Below are positions 1 to 12,375 of a stretch of DNA of 64,000 nucleotides, piece by piece. This DNA is from Bacteroidales bacterium (GTDB lineage Bacteria; Bacteroidota; Bacteroidia; Bacteroidales; UBA1715), in the NCBI GenBank assembly GCA_012519815.1, contig JAAYPM010000016.1, positions 1,675-65,674 of the forward strand. The letters run 5' to 3'. Within the stretch, counting starts at the first letter, position 1; every line of letters begins with the position of its first letter. The notes beneath the pieces are model-generated. The model ran no database searches. It was given only the letters and a program-made list of their open reading frames with translations, and was not told the DNA's origin. The position numbers were made by a program, and so were the translations under genes.

Positions 1-1
1 G

Positions 2-1000
<999 letters not shown>

Positions 1001-1007
1001 TATTCAA

Positions 1008-1033
1008 AGAGGCTGTCTAAAAGGGCAGCCTCT
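1008..1033. terminator. GC-rich hairpin between convergent metY and lepA (likely bidirectional intrinsic terminator)
   Basis: AGAGGCTG (1008-1015) pairs with CAGCCTCT (1026-1033). Followed by TGTATTTT on the plus strand. Confidence 0.65.
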
Positions 1034-1045
1034 TGTATTTTAATA

Positions 1046-2836
1046 TTAATCATTTAAACGTAAAACCGCCAAAAATGCTTTTTGAGGAACTTCAACATTT
1101 CCTACTTGTTTCATTCGTTTTTTACCTTTTTTCTGTTTTTCAAGGAGTTTTCGTTTTCGAGAAATATCTCCTCCATAACATTTGGCAGTAACATCTTTAC
1201 GCAAAGCTTTTACTGTTTCTCGTGCAATAATTTTTGTTCCAATTGCAGCTTGAATTGCAACATCAAATTGTTGACGTGGAATAAGCTCTTTTAATTTTTC
1301 ACATATTTTTTTACCAAAATCGTATGCATTATTTTGATGAATTAATGCAGATAAGGCATCGACTATTTCACCATTTAATAAAATATCAAGTTTTGCAAGT
1401 CGCGATTCACGAAATCCAATAAAATGATAATCAAATGAAGCATATCCTTTTGAAATAGATTTTAGTTTATCGTAAAAATCAAATACAATTTCTCCTAAAG
1501 GCATATCAAACGTTACCTCAACTCGATTGCTTGTCATGTAAATTTGATTTTTTAAAACACCTCGTTTATCAATACACAATTTCATAATTGCACCTATATA
1601 ATCGGCATGCGTAATAATTTGTGCGTGAATATACGGTTCCTCAATATAATCAATGTGTGCAGGATCGGGTAAATCTGTAGGATTATTAATGGCAAATGTT
1701 TCGCCTTTTTTTGTATAACATTTATAAGAAACGTTAGGGGTAGTAGTAATCACACTCATATCAAACTCCCTATCCAAACGCTCTTGAATAATTTCCATAT
1801 GGAGCAAGCCCAAAAATCCGCATCTAAATCCAAAACCAAGAGCTGCCGAAGACTCTAACTCATACGTAAGTGAAGCATCATTGAGTTGTAATTTTTCCAT
1901 AGAAACTCGCAACTCTTCATAATCCTCAGTATCAACCGGATAAATACCAGCAAACACCATAGGTTTTACATCTTCAAATCCTTCAATAACATTTTGGCAA
2001 GGACGCTCGGTATGAGTTATAGTATCACCAACTTTTACTTCTTTCGAGGTTTTAATACCCGAAATAATATATCCAACATCACCTGTTTGGATTGTTTGTT
2101 TTGGTTCCATTACCAAACGCAACACTCCAACTTCATCTGCATCATATTCTCGTTTTGTATTAATAAATTTAACTCTATCTCCCTTTGATATGCTACCGTT
2201 CACAACTTTATAGTATGCTATAATTCCACGAAACGAATTAAAAACAGAATCAAAAATTAAAGCTTGTAATGGGGCATCTGGATCACCTTGTGGAGAAGGA
2301 ACTTTTTCAATAATTGTTTGAAGTATTTTTTCAACTCCTAAGCCTGTTTTACCACTTGCCTCAAGAATATCTTCGCGAGCACAACCAATCAATTCAATAA
2401 TTTGATCTTTAACCTCTTCGGGCATTGCACTTGGCAAATCCATTTTATTTAATATCGGAATAATTTCCAAATCATGTTCAATTGCTAAATATAAATTAGA
2501 AATTGTTTGAGCTTGAATGCCTTGCGTTGCGTCCACAATTAAAAGTGCTCCTTCGCATGCAGCAATAGAACGAGAAACTTCATACGAAAAATCAACGTGC
2601 CCAGGAGTATCTATTAAATTAAGAGTATATTGTTCATTATTATATTCATAATCCATTTGTATGGCATGACTTTTAATCGTAATTCCTCGCTCACGCTCAA
2701 GATCCATACTATCAAGCACTTGTTCTTGTGCTTGACGTTCCGATACGGTGTTGGTTACTTCTAAAAGTCTATCGGCAAGTGTACTTTTACCATGATCAAT
2801 ATGTGCTATGATACAAAAATTACGTATGTATTTCAT
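1046..2836 (-). CDS. lepA: Elongation factor 4 (translational GTPase LepA)
   Basis: 596 aa. N-terminus [37 protein letters not shown], and the LepA-specific C-terminus ...[22 protein letters not shown]. Confidence 0.95.
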   Translation of the reverse strand: MKYIRNFCIIAHIDHGKSTLADRLLEVTNTVSERQAQEQVLDSMDLERERGITIKSHAIQMDYEYNNEQYTLNLIDTPGHVDFSYEVSRSIAACEGALLIVDATQGIQAQTISNLYLAIEHDLEIIPILNKMDLPSAMPEEVKDQIIELIGCAREDILEASGKTGLGVEKILQTIIEKVPSPQGDPDAPLQALIFDSVFNSFRGIIAYYKVVNGSISKGDRVKFINTKREYDADEVGVLRLVMEPKQTIQTGDVGYIISGIKTSKEVKVGDTITHTERPCQNVIEGFEDVKPMVFAGIYPVDTEDYEELRVSMEKLQLNDASLTYELESSAALGFGFRCGFLGLLHMEIIQERLDREFDMSVITTTPNVSYKCYTKKGETFAINNPTDLPDPAHIDYIEEPYIHAQIITHADYIGAIMKLCIDKRGVLKNQIYMTSNRVEVTFDMPLGEIVFDFYDKLKSISKGYASFDYHFIGFRESRLAKLDILLNGEIVDALSALIHQNNAYDFGKKICEKLKELIPRQQFDVAIQAAIGTKIIARETVKALRKDVTAKCYGGDISRKRKLLEKQKKGKKRMKQVGNVEVPQKAFLAVLRLND

Positions 2837-2888
2837 TCAATGTACATTATAATTACAAGCACTTAATTATACTTGTTAAAATTTGCCG

Positions 2889-2919
2889 CAAATATAGTAA
2901 AAGAAGCATGTTTTACAAA
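2889..2919 (-). promoter_or_regulatory. Bacteroidota-type sigma-A promoter for lepA
   Basis: Minus strand reads TTTG-N19-TATATTTG (-33 at 2916-2919, -7 at 2889-2896), about 50 nt upstream of the lepA ATG. Confidence 0.55.
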
Positions 2920-2951
2920 AAAAGAATACCTATTTGGATGTAAAAAAAAGC

Positions 2952-2983
2952 AAAAAAAAAGCTGATAATTTATAACTATCAGC
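2952..2983 (-). terminator. Intrinsic terminator of the RRM-protein gene
   Basis: Hairpin GCTGATAATT/AACTATCAGC (2961-2983), followed on the minus strand by a run of 9 T (plus-strand A-run 2952-2960). Confidence 0.8.
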
Positions 2984-3008
2984 CTTTTTTGCAATCGTAT
3001 ATATTATC

Positions 3009-3299
3009 TTAACGATGATTATTATGACGATTATACCCTCCGCTACTTGGTCTGCTTTCGCGAGGATGCGCTTTTTTAACTACAATAGTTTTTTCTTGAA
3101 ACTCTGTGTTGTCAAGTGCATCGATTGCTGTTTGACCTGCTGAATCATCAGACATTTCAACAAAACCAAAACACTTAGAAGAACCAGTGTCGCGGTCTGT
3201 AATTACTTTTGCTGAAGAAACTTCACCGTACTGACTAAAAAGATTTGTTAAGTCTTCACTTGTTGTGTGTGAGCTTAATTTTGCAATAAAAATGTTCAT
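3009..3299 (-). CDS. RRM-type single-stranded RNA-binding protein
   Basis: 96 aa. RNP2-like IFIAKL and RNP1-like KCFGFVEM. Basic/Gly tail SRPSSGGYNRHNNHR. Confidence 0.85.
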   Translation of the reverse strand: MNIFIAKLSSHTTSEDLTNLFSQYGEVSSAKVITDRDTGSSKCFGFVEMSDDSAGQTAIDALDNTEFQEKTIVVKKAHPRESRPSSGGYNRHNNHR

Positions 3300-3330
3300 G
3301 TAAGTAAAATATAAAAAATTGATAATTATA

Positions 3331-3360
3331 CAAATATATAACTAAAGACGAAATTGCAAA
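3331..3360 (-). promoter_or_regulatory. Bacteroidota-type promoter for the RRM-protein gene
   Basis: Minus strand reads TTTG-N18-TATATTTG. The -7 box is about 32 nt upstream of the ATG at 3299. Confidence 0.55.
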
Positions 3361-3398
3361 CATGTTTTTATTTTTTTTACAATATCATATTAGTATTA

Positions 3399-4472
3399 TT
3401 ATTTTGAAGAAATAGTTGCTTCGGAATCGTTAAAAAAAATTGACAACTTAGAATTTCCTATATATTCTGTAGAATCAGGTTTTTTGTGGATGTGCGGGGC
3501 TTGTATTCCTCTATAAAAATATTCTGGTCCGGTAAATATTCTCATTTCGTCCCACATATTTTTTTCAATAACATCTTCTAAAATACGTGCACCACCTTCT
3601 ATTATAAGAGATTGTATATTGCGTGTATATAAAAATCCCATAATTTCAGTCCACATTGTTTCTGAATTGAGAATACGCACATATTCTAAATTATGCTGTG
3701 AGGGTATTTGTTTCTGCGTAAAAATAATTGTTGGTGTACTTTTATCTTTTATATGCAATGAATCTGGCAGTCGATTTTTCAAATCAATTACAAGGCGTAA
3801 TGGATTATTTCCTTTCACTAAACGCGTAGTAAGTTGTGGATTATCTATGTGAGCAGTATTTGTTCCTATTAAAATTGCTTGTTCATGTGTGCGCCATTCG
3901 TGCACACGTTTTTTGCATATTTCATCGGTTATCCACACGCCTTTTGTGCCATTTTTCATATCCGCAGCACGGTCAATAAATCTATCTTGCGTTTGTGCCC
4001 ATTTTAAAATAATATACGGTCTTTGTTTTTTATGAAACGTAAAAAATCTTCTATTAAGTGCATATGATTCTTGTTCTAAAACTCCCACATCTATCTGTAT
4101 GCCAGCCTTACGCATACGTTCAATTCCTTTTCCATCAACTTCATGATATGCATCACGGCAGCCAATCACAACTCGTTGTATGTCATGTTCAATTATTGCG
4201 TCTGAACACGGAGGTGTTTTACCATAATGTGCACACGGTTCTAAATTTACATACAAGGTACTTTCACTCAATAATTCTTTATGAGCAACTGAATTAATCG
4301 CATTAATTTCGGCATGAGGTTCGCCTGCTTTATGATGATATCCTTTACCAATTATACTATTATTATGCACAATAACGCAACCAACCATTGGATTAGGATA
4401 GGTATTTCCACATGCTTTTTGTGCTAAATCTATACACAATTGCATATACTTTTTATCAATATTGTGTGTCAT
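3399..4472 (-). CDS. ribD: Bifunctional riboflavin biosynthesis deaminase/reductase RibD
   Basis: 357 aa. CMP/dCMP-type zinc deaminase motifs HAEINAI and PCAHYGKTPPC, followed by a RibD C-terminal reductase-like region. Confidence 0.92.
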   Translation of the reverse strand: MTHNIDKKYMQLCIDLAQKACGNTYPNPMVGCVIVHNNSIIGKGYHHKAGEPHAEINAINSVAHKELLSESTLYVNLEPCAHYGKTPPCSDAIIEHDIQRVVIGCRDAYHEVDGKGIERMRKAGIQIDVGVLEQESYALNRRFFTFHKKQRPYIILKWAQTQDRFIDRAADMKNGTKGVWITDEICKKRVHEWRTHEQAILIGTNTAHIDNPQLTTRLVKGNNPLRLVIDLKNRLPDSLHIKDKSTPTIIFTQKQIPSQHNLEYVRILNSETMWTEIMGFLYTRNIQSLIIEGGARILEDVIEKNMWDEMRIFTGPEYFYRGIQAPHIHKKPDSTEYIGNSKLSIFFNDSEATISSK

Positions 4473-4522
4473 TGTTTTTTAAACTTATGTACATTTGTCT
4501 GTTCTTACACAAAAACAAGGTA

Positions 4523-5374
4523 ATGACAATTCAAAATGTAAAAATAGAATTTCAATCGAAACTGACCAACATATACACCACAAAAGAAATCCAAAGTATT
4601 TGTTTTCTTTTTTTAGAGCATATAGGTTTTTCAAAAACCGATTGCATTATAACGCCACATCATAAACTTTCTGCCGAACAAATAACAATATATACGAATG
4701 TTATTTCACGACTTCAACGTAACGAACCTATTCAATATATACTTGGGCATGCTGATTTTTATGGTTTGCAGTTTGCCGTAAATCCTTCGGTACTCATTCC
4801 TCGGCAAGAAACCAACTTATTGGTGCAAATGATTATTTCTGAGCATCAACAAAAACCCTCGCCACGAATACTTGATGCCTGCACAGGAAGTGGGTGTATT
4901 GCAATAAGCATTGCTAAAAACATGGAAAATGCATCAGTTTCAGCATTTGATATTTCTAAAAAAGCATTAGAAACCGCATATATAAACGCACAAAATAACA
5001 ACACCTCAATTTCATTTTACGAACTTGATATTCTTGACACGCAAGCACACTCTAAATTAGACACATACGACATACTTGTAAGCAATCCTCCGTATGTGCG
5101 TCAATGTGAAAAACAAAATATGCATGCAAATGTACTTGCATTTGAACCAGAAATTGCACTTTTTGTAGAGGATTCGAATCCTCTTATTTTTTATGAAGCA
5201 CTTGCACATTTAGGACAAAAAGTGTTACCTTCGGGAGGTGATTTATATTGCGAAATAAATGAAGAATTAGGAACAAAAACTTGTGCAGTATTTAAAAATG
5301 CTGGATATGATGTTTGTTCTATACATAAAGATTTACACGGAAAAAATAGATTTATTCATACAATTAAAAAATAA
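4523..5374 (+). CDS. prmC: Release-factor glutamine N5-methyltransferase (PrmC/HemK)
   Basis: SAM motif LDACTGSGCIA and catalytic NPPY (VSNPPYV). I start at ATG 4523 (MTIQNVK...) because the longer ORF from 4412 would overlap the ribD start. Confidence 0.88.
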   Translation: MTIQNVKIEFQSKLTNIYTTKEIQSICFLFLEHIGFSKTDCIITPHHKLSAEQITIYTNVISRLQRNEPIQYILGHADFYGLQFAVNPSVLIPRQETNLLVQMIISEHQQKPSPRILDACTGSGCIAISIAKNMENASVSAFDISKKALETAYINAQNNNTSISFYELDILDTQAHSKLDTYDILVSNPPYVRQCEKQNMHANVLAFEPEIALFVEDSNPLIFYEALAHLGQKVLPSGGDLYCEINEELGTKTCAVFKNAGYDVCSIHKDLHGKNRFIHTIKK

Positions 5375-5380
5375 TATAAA

Positions 5381-6421
5381 ATGAAAGATTCAATTATTTC
5401 ATTGCTACAAAAAGTTCCCATGCCTGGTGAAAAAATCAGCATTGTTGAAGCTCAAATTATTCATGAAATTTTAGAACATAATAATGAGCTTACAATTCAA
5501 CTACATTTACCGCAGAAATATGAAAAATTTCAGCAAGCCTTAGCTCCAACAATTCAAGATGTTATAAAACGAGAATTAGGATATACGGGAACTATTTTGG
5601 TGCCCATTACTATTATTAAAGCTAACAAAAGCAAAGAACCGGGAGGCATTTCAAAAGTTAAACAAGTAATTGCAGTTGCATCTGGGAAAGGTGGAGTTGG
5701 CAAATCAACGGTAAGTGTAAATCTTGCACTTTCTTTAGCAAAACTCGGATATTCAGTTGGCTTACTTGATGCCTATATTTTTGGTCCTTCAATTCCAAAA
5801 ATGTTACATGCCGAAGGAGAAACGCCAAGTATGAAAAAAATTGAAAACAAAGAGTTTATTATACCTCTCGAAAAACATGGTATTACGTTTTTATCTATTG
5901 GCTTTTTTATTAAAGATTCTGATGCTTTAGCATGGCGTGGTCCAATGGCTGGAAATGTTTTAAAACAGCTTATTGTTGATACCGATTGGGGCGAATTAGA
6001 CATTATGGTTATTGACATGCCTCCCGGAACAAGTGATATTCAATTAACTATTTGCCAAACTATTGAACTTTCAGGAGCTGTAATGGTGAGTACTCCACAA
6101 GATGTAGCAGTGATTGATGTTGTTCGTGGAATAGATTTTTTTCAAAAAGAACATATCGAGGTGCCAATACTTGGAATAGTAGAGAATATGGCATGGTTTA
6201 CCCCCGCCGAACTGCCAGATAATAAATACTATATTTTTGGCAAAGGAGGAGTTCAAACATTAGCACAAGAAACAAATATTCCTTTTTTAGGGCATATACC
6301 AATTGTGCAAAGTATTCGTGAAGGTGGTGATGCTGGAAATCCTATTGTTTTACAAAACTCGTTAGCAGGTACTTATTTTATTGATATTGCTGAAAAAATA
6401 GCACAGAATATACAAGATTAA
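5381..6421 (+). CDS. apbC: Mrp/ApbC/NBP35-family Fe-S cluster carrier ATPase
   Basis: 346 aa. Deviant Walker A ASGKGGVGKST, an N-terminal DUF59-like region, and IVENMAWF. Confidence 0.9.
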   Translation: MKDSIISLLQKVPMPGEKISIVEAQIIHEILEHNNELTIQLHLPQKYEKFQQALAPTIQDVIKRELGYTGTILVPITIIKANKSKEPGGISKVKQVIAVASGKGGVGKSTVSVNLALSLAKLGYSVGLLDAYIFGPSIPKMLHAEGETPSMKKIENKEFIIPLEKHGITFLSIGFFIKDSDALAWRGPMAGNVLKQLIVDTDWGELDIMVIDMPPGTSDIQLTICQTIELSGAVMVSTPQDVAVIDVVRGIDFFQKEHIEVPILGIVENMAWFTPAELPDNKYYIFGKGGVQTLAQETNIPFLGHIPIVQSIREGGDAGNPIVLQNSLAGTYFIDIAEKIAQNIQD

Positions 6422-6453
6422 AATAAGTAAAAATTATATTTAGTTGAAAAAAG

Positions 6454-6493
6454 AAAACCCCGTTTTTGTTATTTTTTGCCTTTTCGGGGTTTT
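6454..6493 (+). terminator. Intrinsic terminator after apbC
   Basis: AAAACCCCG (6454-6462) pairs with CGGGGTTTT (6485-6493). T-rich tail follows. Confidence 0.65.
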
Positions 6494-6522
6494 TATTTTA
6501 CTAAAAAAACCATTAAAAACTC

Positions 6523-7164
6523 ATGGAAACAAATGAAAAAATAGAATCATATATAGCAGCTCACAGTGATGATGAACCAGACTATTTAAAACATGTACGC
6601 CGTCAAGCACATCTTTCTTTATTAAATCCACGAATGATATCGGGACACGTGCAGGGGCGAATGCTTAAAATGTTTGCACGCATGATTTGTCCGCAAAGAG
6701 TGTTGGAAATTGGAACATATACTGGATATTCTGTACTCTGTATTGCCGAGGGTTTGCCTCAAGATGCACATATAGATACGATTGAAATAAATGACGAATT
6801 AGAATCTAAAATTCGTTCTACATTTGAAAACTCTGCTTTTTCTCAAAAAATCACCTTGCATATTGGCGATGCTCTTTCTATCATTCCAACATTTCCTTAT
6901 GATTTTGATATAATATTTATTGATGCGAACAAACGAAATTATATTGAATACTATGAACAGGCACTAAAAAAAGTAAAACCAAAAGGATTTATTTTTGCCG
7001 ATAACACTTTGTGGAACGGACATGTTATTGAGGATAATATTGATAAAAATGATTTGCAAACTAAAGGTATTATGGATTTTAACACCTTTGTTAAACATGA
7101 TACTCGTGTTGAAAAAGTTATGATTCCTATACGCGATGGTATAACAATAATACAAAAAGTATAA
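6523..7164 (+). CDS. Class I SAM-dependent O-methyltransferase (caffeoyl-CoA O-methyltransferase-like)
   Basis: 213 aa. SAM motif VLEIGTYTGYS and FIDANKRNY, as in cation-dependent O-methyltransferases. Confidence 0.85.
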   Translation: METNEKIESYIAAHSDDEPDYLKHVRRQAHLSLLNPRMISGHVQGRMLKMFARMICPQRVLEIGTYTGYSVLCIAEGLPQDAHIDTIEINDELESKIRSTFENSAFSQKITLHIGDALSIIPTFPYDFDIIFIDANKRNYIEYYEQALKKVKPKGFIFADNTLWNGHVIEDNIDKNDLQTKGIMDFNTFVKHDTRVEKVMIPIRDGITIIQKV

Positions 7165-7177
7165 ATCAAGCATAAAA

Positions 7178-7207
7178 AAAGAGGTCGCGGCGTTTTGCAA
7201 CCTCTTT
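7178..7207 (+). terminator. Hairpin just after the O-methyltransferase stop (possible terminator)
   Basis: AAAGAGGT (7178-7185) pairs with ACCTCTTT (7200-7207). No strong T-tract directly after, so the call is weak. Confidence 0.4.
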
Positions 7208-7410
7208 GCGGATCGTAACCTAATCCATTACACAACATGCTTTGTGTTCTCTACAAAGACATAAAACCTTTGTTTTTTATATGTACGAAAAAATTAAAAC
7301 AACTGTTACAAATATCAAAATGCAAAAAGCTCATATTGAAATATTGTAAAGCAGTAAAAATAGAAGTAATTTGCACGTCTAATTTTTCACAATAAATAAT
7401 TACAAAAAAT

Positions 7411-8667
7411 ATGCAAAAAAATATTCCTTTTTCAAAAGAAACTATTCAATCTATCATTGCAAAATATCCTACACCTTTTCATATATACGACGAGCGTGCT
7501 ATGATAGAAAATGCTAAAAATCTGCAAAAAGCATTTTCATGGAATACTGGTTTTAAAGAATTTTTTGCGGTAAAAGCTACGCCAAATCCATACCTTGTAA
7601 AGTTATTTTCTAAAATTGGGTTTGGAGCCGATTGCAGTTCACATGCCGAACTTGTACTTTCGGAAAAAACAGGAGTTGTGGGCGAAAATATTATGTTTAC
7701 ATCAAATAATACTGCTGCATATGAATACCAAAAAGCGCGAGAATTAGGAGCAATCATTAATCTTGACGATATTAGTCATATTGCGTTTTTAGAGGAAGTG
7801 GCGGGCATTCCCGACATTATTTCATTTCGATACAATCCGGGGGAACTAAAATCTGGAAACGATATTATTGGTAATCCCGAAGAAGCAAAATACGGACTCA
7901 CAGAAGCACAAATATTTGAAGCATACAAAATAATGAAAGATAAAGGTGTTACTCGTTTTGGTATTCACACTATGGTTGCTTCAAATGAATTAAATTCTCA
8001 GTATTTTATTGAAACGGCAGATATTATGTTTTCACTCATGATAAAACTCAATAAACAATTGGGTATTACCTTTGAATTTGTGAATTTAGGAGGAGGAGTT
8101 GGTATTCCTTATAAACCCGAACAAAATGCTGTTGATATTGAATATATAAGCAAAGGCATTCAAAAAAAATATACAGAAATACTTGTGCAAAACAATCTTG
8201 CTCCTGTAAAATTATATTTAGAATTAGGACGATATATTACTGGACCCTATGCGTATTTAATAACACAAGTGCAACATTTTAAAGATACATACAGAAAATA
8301 TGTAGGGGTAGATGCAAGTATGGCAAACCTTATGCGCCCCGGAATGTATGGTGCATATCATCATATTACGGTGTTAGGAAAAGAAAATGCTCCTGCAACG
8401 CATATATATGACGTTACTGGCTCTTTATGCGAAAACAACGATAAATTTGCAATTCAACGGGCTTTACCAGAAATTGAAAAACATGATATTTTAGCAATTC
8501 ACGACACCGGTGCTCATGGACATGCAATGGGATTTAATTATAACGGCAAACTTCAATCGGCAGAATTATTATTACGTACCGATGGCTCTGTAAAATGTAT
8601 CCGCCGTGCCGAAACACTTGACGACTATTTTGCAACTCTTGATTTTGACGGACTTTCAAGTTTTTAA
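7411..8667 (+). CDS. lysA: PLP-dependent Orn/DAP/Arg-family (group IV) decarboxylase, probably diaminopimelate decarboxylase
   Basis: 418 aa. YPTPFHIYDE, AVKATPNP (PLP lysine context), NLGGGVGIPY, and CENNDKFA near the C-terminus. Confidence 0.7.
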   Translation: MQKNIPFSKETIQSIIAKYPTPFHIYDERAMIENAKNLQKAFSWNTGFKEFFAVKATPNPYLVKLFSKIGFGADCSSHAELVLSEKTGVVGENIMFTSNNTAAYEYQKARELGAIINLDDISHIAFLEEVAGIPDIISFRYNPGELKSGNDIIGNPEEAKYGLTEAQIFEAYKIMKDKGVTRFGIHTMVASNELNSQYFIETADIMFSLMIKLNKQLGITFEFVNLGGGVGIPYKPEQNAVDIEYISKGIQKKYTEILVQNNLAPVKLYLELGRYITGPYAYLITQVQHFKDTYRKYVGVDASMANLMRPGMYGAYHHITVLGKENAPATHIYDVTGSLCENNDKFAIQRALPEIEKHDILAIHDTGAHGHAMGFNYNGKLQSAELLLRTDGSVKCIRRAETLDDYFATLDFDGLSSF

Positions 8668-8682
8668 TGATACAATATATAC

Positions 8683-11600
8683 ATGAATAAAATACACGAC
8701 ATTCTATCAAAACGTATTTTGGTGCTTGATGGTGCTATGGGCACTATGATACAACAATATAAACTCAACGAAAACGATTATAGAGGCACGCGATTTACGC
8801 ATGGAAATATACCACTTAAAGGTAATAATGATTTGCTTTCGCTCACAAAACCCGAAATAATTGCAGAAATTCACAGAAAATACTTAGAAGCTGGGGCTGA
8901 TATTATTGAAACAAATACGTTTAATGCAAATAGAATTTCGCTTGCCGATTATAATCAAGAGGATTTAGTAACTGAAATTAATACTGCATCTGTAAAAATA
9001 GCACGAACATTGGCAGATGAATATACTCGTAAAAATCCTCAAAAACCACGATTTGTATGCGGTTCTATTGGTCCAACAAATAAAACAGCATCAATGTCGC
9101 CCGATGTAAATAATCCTGCATATCGTGCTGTAAATTTTAAAGATTTAGTTGACATATATTCCGAGCAAGTGCGTGCCCTTATTGTAGCAGGTGTTGATTT
9201 GCTCATGGTTGAAACTGTATTTGATACCTTAAATGCAAAAGCTGCACTATTTGCTATTGATTCGGTACAAGAAGAACTTGGCACAGAAGTAGGCTGCATG
9301 ATTTCATTTACCATAGCAGATGCCAGCGGACGAACTCTTTCGGGACAAACCTTGCAAGCAGCTATACATTCGGTACTTCATGCACCGCTATTAAGCATTG
9401 GGCTTAACTGTTCACTTGGTGCAAAAGAACTTGCTCCCTTTGTAAAAGAACTTCATGAACATTGTCCATTTTTTGTGAGTGTACATCCAAACGCTGGATT
9501 ACCCAATCAATTTGGAGAATATGACCAAACCGCAGACATTATGATCGAAATGGTTACTCCTTTCATGAAAAACAAAATGGTGAATATTATTGGTGGATGC
9601 TGTGGCACAACTGATGCTCATATTAAAAAAATTTGTAAAGAAGCTCAAAAACATGCACCTCGCATAATACCGCCACTCGATTATAAAACAAAACTTAGTG
9701 GTTTAGAACCACTTACTATTGATAAATCTATAAATTTTGTGAATATTGGAGAACGCACTAATGTTGCGGGCTCAATAAAATTTGCACGATTAATTCGCGA
9801 AAAAAAATACAATGAGGCTCTTTCTGTTGCACGTGCACAGGTAGAAAATGGTGCACAAATTATTGATGTAAATTTAGATGATGCAATGCTCGAAACAAAA
9901 GAAGAAATGGTACATTTCTTAAACCTTATTGTTTCGGAACCCGATATTTCGCGTGTGCCAATTATGATAGATTCCTCAAAATGGGAAGTGTTAGAAGCAG
10001 GTTTGCAATGTATTCAAGGAAAATCAATTGTTAATTCTATAAGTTTAAAAGAGGGCGAAACTGATTTTCTAAAAAAAGCACATGCTATAAAAAAATATGG
10101 TGCAGCGGTGGTTGTAATGGCATTTGACGAACAAGGGCAAGCTGATTCTCGTTTGCGAAGAATTGAAATTTGCAAACGTTCCTATAAACTCCTTACCGAA
10201 AAGGTGCATTTTCCTCCGCAAGATATTATTTTTGACCCCAATGTATTAACCGTTGCAACAGGTATTGACGAACACAATAATTATGCAGTAGATTTTATAG
10301 AAACGGTATCGTGGATAAAATATAATTTACCCTACGCAAAGGTAAGCGGAGGCATTAGTAATGTTTCGTTTTCATTTCGTGGCAATAATCCTGTACGCGA
10401 AGCAATGCATTCGGTGTTTTTATTTCATGCCATTACTGCTGGCTTAGATATGGGTATAGTAAATCCAGAAATGCTGCAAGTGTATGACGAAATTGAAACT
10501 GAATTAAAACAACGTATAGAAGCGGTTATTTTAAACACCTCAGCCGATGCTACCGAAAACCTAATTGAATATGCAGAAACGGTTAAACATAGCGAAAAAG
10601 GTGAGGAAAAAGTTATAGAATGGCGTACATTTTCGGTAGAAAAACGCTTGGGATATGCCTTGTTAAAAGGAATAACAGATTTTTTACAAGAGGATTTAGA
10701 CGAGGCTCGCACACTCTATTCACCCACGCTTACCATTATTGAACAACCGCTTATGGCAGGTATGAATGTGGTGGGCGATTTGTTTGGCGAAGGAAAAATG
10801 TTTTTACCTCAGGTGGTTAAAACTGCACGAGTTATGAAACATGCGGTTTCTATTCTTTTACCACATATTGAAGCAGAAAAATCTGATTTACGTTCTTCGT
10901 CTTCAGGAAAAATTGTGCTGGCTACAGTAAAAGGCGATGTGCATGATATTGGAAAAAATATTGTTGGAGTGGTGCTTTCATGTAATAATTACGAAATTAT
11001 TGATATTGGTGTAATGGTGCCAATGGACAAAATTTTAGACACTGCAATTGCCGAAAATGCTGATATATTAGGATTAAGTGGGCTTATTACCCCCTCGCTC
11101 GAAGAAATGATTGAAATTGCACGAGAAATGGAGAGACGCAAGATGAATATTCCTCTTTTAATAGGCGGTGCAACAACATCAAAAATTCACACTGCGGTAA
11201 AAATTGACACCGAATATTCGGGGGCGGTGGTGTATGTCCCCGATGCGTCAAAAAGTGCGGCGGTTTGCAACAACTTACTTTCTGACAAAAAAGACGAATT
11301 TATTACAACAATAAAACAAGAATATGCAGAATTACGCTCGGTATATTCAAAAAGAAAGGTGTATGAATTTTTACCAATAGAAGCGGCTCGTGCCAATAAA
11401 TTTACAATTGATTGGCATAATGCTCCAATATATCAACCTTCGTTTATAGGATTACACCTTGAACGCGACTGCCCTATTGAAACTATTATTCCGTATATTG
11501 ATTGGCAATACTTTTTTCACGCTTGGGAAATGAAGGGTAAATATCCTGCTATTTTAGAAGACCCTGAAAAAGGAAGCGAAGCTCAAAAATTATTTGCTGA

Positions 11601-12336
11601 TGCTCAAAATTTATTGACTGAAATAGTGCAAACAAAACGCATTAAAGCACATAGTGTTGTTGGATTTTTTCCAGCAAATTCGGTTGAAGATGATATTGAA
11701 GTATATGCCGATGAACAAGGTGAGCAACTATTACATACATTTTATAATCTTCGACAACAAACAGCACGTCCTAATAACAAAGCAAATGTGTGCCTTGCGG
11801 ATTTTATCGCTCCCAAAGATTCTGGAAGACGAGATTATATAGGTGCTTTTGCTGTTACAGCAGGCATTGGTGCTGACGAATGGGCACAAGAATTTCAAAA
11901 ACAAGGTGATGAATATTCTGCAATTATGATAAAAATTCTTGCCGACCGACTTGCCGAAGCATACACCGAACTTTTGCATCATACGGTGCGAACAAAATTA
12001 TGGGGATATGCACCCAATGAAACACTCACACCCGAAGAAATGATTCAAGAGGCATATCAAGGAATTAGACCAGCATACGGATATCCTTCGTGTCCCGATC
12101 ATTCCGAGAAAAAAAATCTGTTTGCCTTACTTGATGCCGAAGAAAATATTAAAGTAAAACTTACAGAATCGTATATGATGTATCCTGCCGCTTCTGTTTC
12201 AGGATTATTATTTGCTCATCCCGATTCTCACTATTTTGGTATTGGAAAAATTAATACCGACCAATTACAAGATTATGCAAGGCGAAAACAAAAAGATGTC
12301 TCGGAAATAAAAAAACTAATACCAACAAATCTGTAA
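8683..12336 (+). CDS. metH: Cobalamin-dependent methionine synthase
   Basis: 1217 aa. Hcy-binding GGCCGTT, a pterin-binding module, the B12 motif [11 protein letters not shown] (DxHxxG), and a C-terminal activation domain. Confidence 0.95.
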   Translation: MNKIHDILSKRILVLDGAMGTMIQQYKLNENDYRGTRFTHGNIPLKGNNDLLSLTKPEIIAEIHRKYLEAGADIIETNTFNANRISLADYNQEDLVTEINTASVKIARTLADEYTRKNPQKPRFVCGSIGPTNKTASMSPDVNNPAYRAVNFKDLVDIYSEQVRALIVAGVDLLMVETVFDTLNAKAALFAIDSVQEELGTEVGCMISFTIADASGRTLSGQTLQAAIHSVLHAPLLSIGLNCSLGAKELAPFVKELHEHCPFFVSVHPNAGLPNQFGEYDQTADIMIEMVTPFMKNKMVNIIGGCCGTTDAHIKKICKEAQKHAPRIIPPLDYKTKLSGLEPLTIDKSINFVNIGERTNVAGSIKFARLIREKKYNEALSVARAQVENGAQIIDVNLDDAMLETKEEMVHFLNLIVSEPDISRVPIMIDSSKWEVLEAGLQCIQGKSIVNSISLKEGETDFLKKAHAIKKYGAAVVVMAFDEQGQADSRLRRIEICKRSYKLLTEKVHFPPQDIIFDPNVLTVATGIDEHNNYAVDFIETVSWIKYNLPYAKVSGGISNVSFSFRGNNPVREAMHSVFLFHAITAGLDMGIVNPEMLQVYDEIETELKQRIEAVILNTSADATENLIEYAETVKHSEKGEEKVIEWRTFSVEKRLGYALLKGITDFLQEDLDEARTLYSPTLTIIEQPLMAGMNVVGDLFGEGKMFLPQVVKTARVMKHAVSILLPHIEAEKSDLRSSSSGKIVLATVKGDVHDIGKNIVGVVLSCNNYEIIDIGVMVPMDKILDTAIAENADILGLSGLITPSLEEMIEIAREMERRKMNIPLLIGGATTSKIHTAVKIDTEYSGAVVYVPDASKSAAVCNNLLSDKKDEFITTIKQEYAELRSVYSKRKVYEFLPIEAARANKFTIDWHNAPIYQPSFIGLHLERDCPIETIIPYIDWQYFFHAWEMKGKYPAILEDPEKGSEAQKLFADAQNLLTEIVQTKRIKAHSVVGFFPANSVEDDIEVYADEQGEQLLHTFYNLRQQTARPNNKANVCLADFIAPKDSGRRDYIGAFAVTAGIGADEWAQEFQKQGDEYSAIMIKILADRLAEAYTELLHHTVRTKLWGYAPNETLTPEEMIQEAYQGIRPAYGYPSCPDHSEKKNLFALLDAEENIKVKLTESYMMYPAASVSGLLFAHPDSHYFGIGKINTDQLQDYARRKQKDVSEIKKLIPTNL

Positions 12337-12375
12337 ATTTTTTTACTAATTTTGTTACTATCAAAACAGAGAGAT

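Noticed and set aside
3929-3937. Perfect DnaA-box TTATCCACA (also at 56679-56687) in a window containing parAB, raising the possibility of oriC
   Set aside because: These are isolated single boxes inside the coding sequence of ribD and the sensor gene. There is no cluster, no AT-rich unwinding element in an intergenic region, and no dnaA or dnaN nearby.
4412-4522. N-terminal extensions of listed ORFs (4412, 21510, 31233, 43021, 52048, 53204)
   Set aside because: Several begin at TTG/GTG or encode non-protein-like leaders. They would overlap upstream genes or predicted -7 boxes. In each case a downstream ATG is followed by a proper signal peptide or a conserved N-terminus.
7178-7260. Possible lysine riboswitch upstream of the lysA-like gene (AGAGGTCGCG resembles the L-box start AGAGGUGC)
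   Set aside because: Only the first few nucleotides resemble the L-box. The other conserved L-box helices and junction sequences are not present. The element folds as a simple hairpin placed directly after the preceding gene's stop.
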